This document shows positions 49,002 to 58,405 of a DNA stretch of 64,000 bases, piece after piece. Below the pieces are notes generated by a model. That model was given only the letters and a program-made list of their open reading frames with translations, did not search any database and had not been told where the DNA came from. A program made the position numbers and the translations under genes. Source of the DNA: Azolla caroliniana (taxonomy: Eukaryota; Plantae; Polypodiophyta); assembly GCA_043228905.1 (NCBI GenBank), contig JBHGNT010000005.1:10230001-10294000 (forward strand). Reading direction: 5' to 3'. Position 1 is the stretch's first letter; the number at the start of each line of letters is the position of its first letter.

Positions 49002-50274
49002 TTAAGACATGTCTGATGGACTGGAAGAGCATTCTAACGTCTCATCCTCATCATCAGTGGCAATCAATGCATTATCTTCGTCCAATTCCAAGCCAACATC
49101 ATTGTGGTTATGAGAATTTCTTCTGGTTAGTCTTTGTATATTGTTTGATACCATATTTGGGATTTTCTCCTTTATTATCTTGATGGTGGCTTGCCTTAGA
49201 TGGCCTGATTTTGTCAATGAGAAGTCGTATACTAGTATGTCAACACGGTCTAGTGCGAGAGTAGCTGTGCTCGGTATATTCTTTCTTCTTCTCTTTCTGC
49301 TTGAACATCCGACATCCTTAACTATCTCTAAAGAATACTTTCCCATAAATGCATCAGGTGAAGATGTCTGATACCAGTGGACCACAATTGACTTTATTTG
49401 ATTGCCTTCTTCATCCTTCACTAATTCAATAATTTTTGCAATCCAAAATGGATGGCCCAAGTTATCATCCCCAGGTAATGTTGTGACCAACATTCCAACT
49501 TGTAGTTCTTGCAAATTACCTTGCCATCTTGCCTCAACAATACGTGACTTTCTTGGTCCCACGTAAATATCTCTTTGTTGTGGTCGAACTAAATTATGAA
49601 GCTCTATATTATTCGATGGTTGATTATGAGTCAGCGATATCATTGATGGCACCCCAATATTCCATGTGAATGGGTTATGGATTGGCCAAAATCCGGCGAT
49701 GTAATTATCTAAAATGGTGCGTTGATGAGTGAAGAAGATCTCCCACCATTCAACATCCTCGTCACCGGCGTACTTCTTGGTGCGATCAATATTCTTTTGT
49801 TTCTCTTCAAGACATCGCAACCAATATGCCCTTTGTTCATCAATAGAACTATTGGGTGCCACATTTTTATGATCATCACATGGCATTTGTTGTGCACCAT
49901 GCAATGGTGCATCTGGGATATGAAGTAGGAGCCTACAACCTTCTTGGGGCTCCCATTGTGTACTAGATGAGTATTGTTTTGCAAACAACACCGTCATCTT
50001 GAGGTGGGCTGAGGTTTGTTTTATGAGGAAGACATGGTTGAAACTTATATTATTAAGAGGTGCAAGAACCCTACATTTAGTCCCATCACCATCCATGCAG
50101 AAATGTTTAAAGTCGTACACTTCATTCAAGTGATGTACTTCAGGCTTTGGTGTATATGCTTCACTTATCAATTTTGATAGCGTGGTAAGCGTGAAAGCAT
50201 TACAACGAGCTAGTTTCTTTGAGAACCTACTAAACATTTGATCTATGTGATCATGGGTATGACCAACTAATAAG
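49002..50274 (-). pseudogene. C-terminal ~423 aa of a GHTH-motif (DUF7869/Sola-like) DNA transposase; 5' part removed by the Copia-X insertion
   Basis: Motif (F)LLVGHTHDHIDQMFSRFS, stop-free to 49002. The first 11 aa of the ORF-track protein are LTR-derived. Confidence 0.6.
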
Positions 50275-53200
50275 TGTTGAGAATCACCTCTCCGATTCAC
50301 CTTCACCGTTCGGCCACAACCGAGAAATCACGAATCAAATGCAGTAGAAAATAGGAAACACAGAGAAAAAACACGATAACACAGGGATTAACGTGGAAAA
50401 CCCTAAACGGGAAAAACCACGGGAGTACAAGACTCCAAACCAACACTATACAGAGAAGTATACAATGGCGAGCTGCAAGGCGACGACCTTGAGCTCGCTG
50501 TCCTCGCCACAGGCGGCGGTAATACACAGAGGCAACGACCTCCTCGTTTCTCTCTCTCTCTCTCGGCTGCTCTCACTTCGCTCCCTCTAAGTGAAAAACA
50601 GAAAATGAGCAGCAACATAAAACTGTTTGCCCTAAGTCATATTTATACACATATGACTTTAGGGCTATTTACAAATATAGCCTCCAGGGCCCTTGGCAAA
50701 ACATATTCACAAATATGTCCCCGCATCCGGATCTCTCTCCGGGTACATTCATCATCCGGCTCCGTAGCCGGGTCTTCATCATCCGGCTCCGTAGCCGGGG
50801 TCTTCATCATCCGGCTCCGTAGCCGGGGTCTACATCATCCGACTCCGTAGCCGGGTACTCTTCATCCGGCTTCATGCCGGGTACTCTTCATCATCCGGTT
50901 CCGTAGCCGCAACCGGGCTTGCCGTCATTCATCTCCGGACATCCCATCCGGAGGGACCGAAATCCCAACAAACTCCCCCTTCACTTCGGCATGGGATGTC
51001 TTTCCAGTCCGACCCTCTTCCGGCACGCTTCTAGCTTGTCGGGTGTGAGCACTTTGGTCAGCATATCTGACCCGTTCTCGTCCGTGTGGATCTTCGTCAG
51101 CACGAACTCCTGGTCTTCTATCCTTTCCCGGATCCAGTGATATCTTCGCTGGATGTGCTTCGTCCGGGAGTGATAGGCCGCGTTCTTCGCAAGGTGGATG
51201 GCACTCTGACTGTCGCAGTAGAGTCGGTACTCCTCCTGCCGGATACCGAGCTCTCTAATGAAGTCCTTCATCCATATTATTTCCTTGCCGGCTTCAACAG
51301 CCGCCATGTACTCCGCCTCCGTGGTTGACAACGCAACCGTCTTCTGCAGCCTCGACTGCCACGAAACAGCTCCCCCTGCATACGTCATCACATACCCTGA
51401 TGTGGACCGGCTGGTATCTACATCAGCCGACATATCCGAATCGGTAAAGCCGTCGAGTTCGGGCTTACCGGAGCCGAATCGGAGGCACATGTTCGAAGTG
51501 CCCTTTAAGTATCGGAGTATCCATTTGACCGCGTTCCAATGCTCTTTGCCGGGATTGCTCATGTACCTGCTCACCACTCCGACTGCATATCCTATGTCCG
51601 GTCGGGTACACACCATCGCGTACATCAAGCTTCCGACGGCAGAGGCATATGGTACTTTCATCATGTCCTCCTTCTCAGCCTTTGTCTTGGGACTTTGCTT
51701 GCCGGATAACTTGCAGTTTGTCGGGAGGGTTGATCCGACCGGTCTTGCTTCCGACATGTTGAACCGTTGAAGCACCTTTGTCACGTACTTCTCCTGTGAC
51801 AACCACAACTGCTTCTTCTTCCGGTCCCGGATGATGTGCATCCCTAGTATTTGCCTCGCCGGACCTAGGTCCTTCATTGAGAAGGTTCGGTGAAGAGCCT
51901 TCTTCAGCATCCGTATCTTGACCTGGTCCCGTCCGACGATCAACATGTCGTCCACGTACAGGAGGAGTATTAGAAAGTCTCCTCCTTCGAACTTCTTCAC
52001 AAACACGCAGTGATCGGACTGCGTTTTGTGGTACCCTTCGTCGGTCATGAAGGAGTCGAACTTCCGGTACCACTGCCGGGGAGCCTGCTTCAGTCCGTAA
52101 AGGCTCTTCTTCAACCGGCATACCAGGTGCTCCTTCCCTTTCTTCTCGAATCCTTCCGGTTGCTGCATGTAGATCTCTTCTTCGAGGTCACCGTGAAGAA
52201 ATGCCGTCTTCACGTCCATCTGTTCTACCTCGAGGTCCATGCTTGCCGCTATGCTCAGCACCGTCCGGATGGAGGTCATCTTCACAACCGGGGCAAATAT
52301 CTCGTCGAAGTCGACGCCCTTCTTCTGCTGAAACCCCTTTACCACGATCCTGGCTTTGTATCTCGGGGGGTTTCCGGTATCTCCCGGTTTCAGCTTGAAC
52401 ACCCACTTGTTTCGAAGTGCCCGCTTTCCTTTCGGCAACTCCACTAGTTCATATGTGTGGTTCTCATGCAGGGAATCCATCTCGTCCTGCATGGCACTCA
52501 ACCACCTGCGACTCTGGGCGTCGTGCTTTGCTTCTTCAAAGCTCTCCGGCTCCCCCTCGTCGGTTAGCAGCACGTGCTCTGGTTCCGGAAATCTCCGGGG
52601 GGCCCTTCTCTCTCTTAGAGGATATCTCCGTTCCGGAGCTTCGGTAACCGGCTCCTCCGTTTCCTCTTCATCCGAATCCATTTCGGGATCGGGGCCGGTT
52701 CCGGTATCAGTTTCATCTTCCTCGGCCGGTTCTGTTTCTTCACCGTCTTCGGCCGGATCCTCGAGTGCTAACCGGTCCCTTGCCGGTCGGGACTGCTCTT
52801 CATAGAGTTGATTCTCACCGGTCGACTTTGAGCTCTTCATCTTCTTCTCCGACTCCCAGTCGGCGAGTGTCTTGTCCTCCATGAAGATGATATCACGGCT
52901 CCTGAATATCTTCTTGTCGACCGGGTCCCATACTCGGTAGCCGAACTCGTCGTCGCCGTAACCGAGGAATATGCATGGCCGGGTCTTTGGATCTAGCTTT
53001 CCTCTCCGGTCCTTTGCCACATGCACATATGCGAGACACCCGAACACCTTCATATGCCGGTAGGACACTTCCTTACCGGTCCACACTTTTTGCGGCGTGT
53101 CTCCGTCCAAAGGTACTGAGGGTGATCTGTTTGTCACGTATGTCGCCGTCGACATTGCCTCAGCCCAGAACCCCTTGGGTAATTTTGCATGCGCCAGCAT

Positions 53201-53596
53201 ACTCCGGACCCTCTCCATTATGGTCCGGTTCATCCTCTCGGCTAGCCCGTTCAGTTCCGGCGTCTTCGGCACGGTAAACTCGAGCCGGATTCCCATCGAA
53301 CGGCAATACTCCTCAAATTGCCCTCGGTATTCTCCTCCGTTATCCGCTCGTATCGCTTTCAGCTTCTTGCCGGATTCTCTTTCCACTCTCGCGTGGAGTT
53401 CTTTGAAGACGCCCAACACTTGGTCCTTTGTCTTCAACGGCGCCGTCCACAGCTTCCGGCTGTGATCATCTATGAATGTTACGAAGTATTGGGCTCCGCC
53501 ATGTGACTTCGTTTCTACCTGACACACATCAGTGTGCACCAGCTCCAATGGTGCGCTACGTCTCGTCGGTGGCCTTGAGTGGAAGGAGGCTCGTCT
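50275..53596 (-). mobile_element. Young Copia-X 3' half with complete 3' LTR 50275-50970 (696 bp)
   Basis: LTR TGTTGGGA...TCTCAACA, PPT 50971-50984, ~27-bp tandem repeats at 50748-50908. Confidence 0.95.
50981..53593 (-). CDS. pol: Copia pol, uninterrupted INT-RT-RNaseH (5'-truncated)
   Basis: More than 855 aa without a stop. Motifs LVHTDVC, IRADNGGEY, TPELNGLAERMN, LLLYVDDML, GFTDSD, YHSRTKHI. Confidence 0.95.
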   Translation of the reverse strand, partial: RASFHSRPPTRRSAPLELVHTDVCQVETKSHGGAQYFVTFIDDHSRKLWTAPLKTKDQVLGVFKELHARVERESGKKLKAIRADNGGEYRGQFEEYCRSMGIRLEFTVPKTPELNGLAERMNRTIMERVRSMLAHAKLPKGFWAEAMSTATYVTNRSPSVPLDGDTPQKVWTGKEVSYRHMKVFGCLAYVHVAKDRRGKLDPKTRPCIFLGYGDDEFGYRVWDPVDKKIFRSRDIIFMEDKTLADWESEKKMKSSKSTGENQLYEEQSRPARDRLALEDPAEDGEETEPAEEDETDTGTGPDPEMDSDEEETEEPVTEAPERRYPLRERRAPRRFPEPEHVLLTDEGEPESFEEAKHDAQSRRWLSAMQDEMDSLHENHTYELVELPKGKRALRNKWVFKLKPGDTGNPPRYKARIVVKGFQQKKGVDFDEIFAPVVKMTSIRTVLSIAASMDLEVEQMDVKTAFLHGDLEEEIYMQQPEGFEKKGKEHLVCRLKKSLYGLKQAPRQWYRKFDSFMTDEGYHKTQSDHCVFVKKFEGGDFLILLLYVDDMLIVGRDQVKIRMLKKALHRTFSMKDLGPARQILGMHIIRDRKKKQLWLSQEKYVTKVLQRFNMSEARPVGSTLPTNCKLSGKQSPKTKAEKEDMMKVPYASAVGSLMYAMVCTRPDIGYAVGVVSRYMSNPGKEHWNAVKWILRYLKGTSNMCLRFGSGKPELDGFTDSDMSADVDTSRSTSGYVMTYAGGAVSWQSRLQKTVALSTTEAEYMAAVEAGKEIIWMKDFIRELGIRQEEYRLYCDSQSAIHLAKNAAYHSRTKHIQRRYHWIRERIEDQEFVLTKIHTDENGSDMLTKVLTPDKLEACRKRVGLERHPMPK

Positions 53597-54086
53597 TCAT
53601 TAACTACAAGCCTCATGGAGCATGGGGAATGTGAAAGCTCATAAGTTATGTGTCATAGAATATGATTCTATGGCCCATGCACCTCTCCTCCTCATAAAGA
53701 CGTACGAGCATTTGTGCGTGTGTTTGTGTCTTTCTTGTACGTACTAAATGCTAGAATACAAAGTGGTGACATAATGGTGACTCTTAACCGTTGGAGTGTC
53801 TCTTCACTCTCAACGTGAGTTCACACACTAGACCAAGTTGAGCTTGATTCTCAACACGCCCCCTCATGCTCAAGTCGGGTCAGTTTCATACGGTATCCGA
53901 AATCCGCTTCAACTCGCGTTCCGGAGTTTGCGTCGACTCGCGTCGGCTCGTTTTATGCGGAGTTGCGGAATCCGTGCTCCAGCTTGCGTTGTGCGAAGTT
54001 TGTGTTTCGGCTTGCATGCGTAGTTGCGAAGTCTGTGCTTCGGCTTGCGTCTTACTTCGCGGCTTTGCATGGTAGATCAACTCTTC
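53597..54086 (-). mobile_element. 3' end of a Copia-Y-like element: PPT 53857-53871 and truncated LTR 53856-~53597
   Basis: Minus-strand GAGCATGAGGGGGCG followed by TGTTGAGAATCAAGCTCAAC resembles the Copia-Y PPT and LTR starts. Confidence 0.6.
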
Positions 54087-54617
54087 GCTGCTTCGTTGCG
54101 TGGTTGCGGAATCCACACGTTATTGCGTAGTGTCTTTAGTACTCCCTGTTATTCTCTGACCGGACAAGGCCTAACACAAGGTGTCACGGAGACACTTCAC
54201 CAAAGGGTGATTACGGCATAGGATTAAGATTCAACGATTACACCGACTTACGTAGGTTACACGATTAGAGTGCTTTGGTTAATTACACGCGTAAGATATA
54301 ACAGTAATTACAGAACGGAAATCAACACAGAAGTATAAACACCATAAGCTCTATTAATTATCCGCTGCGATTACAATGGGGTCCGGGCCTTTAAATAGGT
54401 TTCCGGCCCGTATTACAAAACGGTGCCTATCGCACCTATTCGGGATCCGTCCGGATCTGGAACGGCATACCGTTTCCAGTCCGTCCGTCCACACTATGCT
54501 TATTTACAACCATACTTAATTAACTCCTTCACTCCGTATTTTGGACTCCTTGCCGGCCGGTAACACATGGCACGCCCGTGGGACAGTACCTTGTATGTCG
54601 AACCCTTCTCGGCCCCT

Positions 54618-57563
54618 TCATTGTTCACCCAAATTGTCCAAAATACTTTGTTCCAGAGTTTCAAATTATTCTTCCGGTTGTGGTTGTTGCGGCTGTGCTT
54701 GCTGCTGCTGCTGTGGTTGCGGTTGGGACTGAGACTGCTCCGGCTGTTCTATAGGCGGCTGCTCCGTTTGTTTCTCTGACTCCGGCATCTCCGTTTGACT
54801 GCTTCCGGTCCGGTCTCCTTCCAGTACCGGTTCCTCATCACTGAGGTTGACCGTAACCGGTTCTCGTGCTTTCTCTTCCCGGATCCGGGACCTCTCGTAG
54901 CTTTCAAACTGGATCTGCGCCTCCAGCCTGTTGTCGTCCAGCTGAGCTACCAGTTGCCGGACTTGCTCTAGTTGGTCCTCTGCCAAGGCTTGAAAGTCTT
55001 CGGCCAGCTCATCTCTTATGCCAGTGAAGTCTTCGGAAGTCAGCATATAGCAATCATCTCCCTCCTTCCGCCGGTTCTCTACGTCGGCCCGGAGTAATTG
55101 GAGTTCCGCCGCGTTCGTGGCCCACTTGGTCCACCATTTGACGGAACCGTTGTCAATCAAGCTCTTGGTCTGGTTCAACCAGGCCCGCATGATATCCTGG
55201 ATGCGACTTGCTCCCATTTGCGCTCTACTTTCCACAACTTGTCGTTCCTCCTTCAACTGCTTGATGAGATTAGCCGTATCCTCCGCCTGCTCTCTGTAGC
55301 GCGTCAGCTGCCCTTGATATGTTGTTTGCAGCCTCTGTAGTACCTCCGCCGCTCTTTCTTTTTCCGCCTGCTATTGCCTGAGGAGCTTTGTCCGAACCTT
55401 CTCCGCCTCTTCCAACCGTCTTCTGGTTTCCGCTTGTTCCTTAGCGTATGCCGTTGCGGTTCGATCAATTGCTTGCCGGAGCTCATCTGTCCGTTCCTTG
55501 TGCTCCGTTTGCAACCGTTTATACTCCCGGTGCAAGTGCTCAAATTCCTCCGTTTTTTGTTTGAGCTTGCCGTTGATCTGGCGATGGTTCCGGTCCTCCC
55601 GGTCCTTTACCTGCCGGAGTTCCTCTTTCAGGCGCTCTACTTCTGTTTCGGCGTTCCTCCGGAGCCTGTCCTTCTCTTGCAGTGTTTTCTCCTTCTCCTC
55701 CTTGAGCCAGTCGTACGCTTGGTGGCCTTTTCGTAAGCTCTCCTCGGCCAAGCGTAGCTTCTCAGCAGTCTTTTTGAGTTCTGCCTCCGCTGCCGTCTTC
55801 AACTCTCTTTCGCGGCTCCTCAGCGCTTCTTGGGCAGCTAGCTCATCCTTTAAGTCCGCAAGCTCTTGGGCTTGTGCCGCATTTCTCTCCGGAACGGTTT
55901 CCGTTGCCGGGGTCTGATTGCTATGTACAGGTTGATCTGACGCTTTATTCTGTACATTGCCCGGAGTCACCGGTGCTTGGACTTGTGTTGTCAAAGCCAA
56001 TTGAGCCATTTCCCTTGTGACCCTGTCCAAGTCTTGTTCAAGGCTCCGGATTCTGGACCGGGCCGTCTCTAGATCTACGGTTGTGACGAGCAACCGTTCT
56101 TGGTGCGCTCTCTCCTCCGCCTCTATGTACTCGACCGCTCCGGCGATTTGCTCGCCTACCCACCGTAGCCACATGCTACTGGTGCCTTGCTGCTGTACTG
56201 GTCGGGTCGGCTCATTCACTGTGGAATTGTCTGGCCTGAGTGCCTGTATCTGTTGTTCTGGTTCTACTCCTTGGCCGCCGTGTGTGCTGGCTGGGCTCGC
56301 CGGCTGTTGAGTTCCGGTTCTCGCCGTTTTCGGAGCCGTCGACAAGGCCGGTTCCATACGCACCGGTTCCGGTTCCTCCCTTGTGGTTTGCTCAGGTTGA
56401 GTTGGGGGCGTTTCTTCCTTTTGCGGGTCCGACCGCTCCCCCACTGTCCCGGCGGTCCTACTTCTTGACCGTCGTTGGAGGTGCTCTTCTGGCTCCTCCG
56501 TTTCCTCTTCCTGGGTAACGGCATGTTTCTGTGCCGTCAAGGGTTCCGGTTCCTTCTGTCCCGGTCGCCGTATGGTTATCTTAACGGGTCGGACCGGTGA
56601 CACCTCCTCCGGTTCTGGGAGCCGTTTCTTCCCTTTCGTCGCCTTCGACGCCAGCAGCTGCTGTCGTTTGGACGCCGGCTTCGAGGTGCTTCCTTCCGAT
56701 AATCTTGGCCGCTTCTTTGGTTGAACGGTCTCGATCGGCGGTACGAGCAATGTTATCCACTGAGGTACGGCACGCCACAGCTTCCGGCCCTCCTTGCCGT
56801 CCTTTCCTCGTACCATGTCGATTGCCGTGCACAAACCGTCTGCAATCAACACCGGCCAGTCCACCTTGATCCCTTCATAGGTGGCTATGATCATCCCTGC
56901 CCGATTTTTTGGCATGACAGGGGGTCGGGGGTACACGTGGCCGTACTCATGGAGCACTCGAGCTATCTCCCTGAATAGCGGATCTTCGCCGCCCTGCGTT
57001 CGATAGCCTTTGCCGGCTACAGAGTACTCACCGAAATATCGGATGAGTTGCTCCGAGGTTGGGTTATCAATCTGAAAAATACCTCCCTTCGGAAGGCCTA
57101 TTAGCGCACGGATCGCTTCCTCTGTGATGACTTCCGTGTCGAGGTCCTTGATGACCCGGTCGGCTTCTCTGTGCGGTGGTGCCTCCATGATGGTCAAGAA
57201 CCCCTCTAGTCCGTGTTGCCTGAGCCATTTCCTGGCCGCTTCCGACAGCGTTTGTGGTTCCATGTCTGCTTCGAGGTCGAGGAAAGATGGCGAGGTAGAG
57301 TGGTGATGAGAGTGAGAGCGAGAGAGAGAGCGTTCCGAACGTGGGGGTTCTCTGAGTGCAGGTGCGCGTTTGCTAAGCTTCCACTGCCTTGGTGCTTCTG
57401 TGCTTCTTGGCTCGCGAAAAAAGAAGGTCTCCATGCGTTCTTCTTTTTCTCTGTGCGTTTTGGCGCCTTTTTCGAGCATGCGCACGTCGTGTACCAATTT
57501 AGTATTAAGTAATGTGGCGGCTCTTAAATGCCCACTACGTACCTTTTCGCTCCTTGCTTTCAC
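54618..57563 (-). pseudogene. Extra ORF downstream of pol (~980 codons) with two in-frame stops (55371, 54666)
   Basis: ORFs 55371-57563 and 54666-55256 share a frame. Homology to copies 1 and 2 extends to the TGA at 54618. Architecture: globular domain, Pro/Glu linker, long coiled coil, Gln-rich tail. Confidence 0.8.
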
Positions 57564-58405
57564 GTCCGTTCATACCTCGATTTTTAATGTTTTTTTTTTT
57601 TTTTTTTTTTTCTTACTGACGGTATGAGATCTTACACATCCGTAGGTCCCTTCGGACCCTTACCGTTTTCCTTACGGGTTGCCGTGTCTTCCTTCGCCTC
57701 TGCTACGGGTTCCCCATCGTCTTTTTCCTCCATCCGTACCGTTCCCGGTATAGTGCCGGTGGGCTGCATAAACGGGTTACTTGGCATCGGTCCTTTATAG
57801 GGCTTTAGTCTAAATCTGTTGACCCACTTGCCTAGCACTTCACCGGCAAGTGTCCCTAACTGATAGGACCCGTTGTATTCCCGTGTCAGCCAATACGGGC
57901 CTGTCCATCTAAACCGGAGTTTACCCGGCATCTTGCCCATCCTCGTTTGGAATACTAGCACCGGCTTCCCGATTTCGAACATCTTCTCATTACCTTTCCG
58001 GTGACGGTCAACGAATGCTTTCCGTCGTCGTTGCTCCAGTTCCATGTGTAGGATGCTGGTCAGCCGTTGCTCCTCCAGTTCGCATAATGCCGCTAGCCGC
58101 ATTTCCTCCGACTCCTTTTCATTCAGTCGTTCCCGTAGTTGGATCCGTAAGCTTGGTACCTGAAATTCCACCGGCATGACCGCTTCTAAGCCGAACGCTA
58201 ACCGGAACGGCGTTGTCCGGATACTTGTTTTGTATGCCGTTCGGTACGCCCATAGCGCGCTATGGAGCTTTGTATCCCAGTCCGTCCGGTTTTCATTGAC
58301 GATTTTGCGGAGAATGTTCTGCAGCGTTTTGTTGGTGGACTCTGTTAACCCGTTCGCTTGTGGGTAGTACGGTGTGCTCCGTTTATGGACCACGGCATAG
58401 AACGT

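Noticed and set aside
55368-55376. Programmed stop read-through at CAA TAG CAG in the extra ORF
   Set aside because: It lacks the full CARYYA context. The aligned codon in copy 2 is CAC and that copy's stop is one codon away, so CAG>TAG decay is the simpler explanation.
54618-57563. Calling the extra ORF an envelope gene
   Set aside because: No signal peptide or transmembrane helix is visible.
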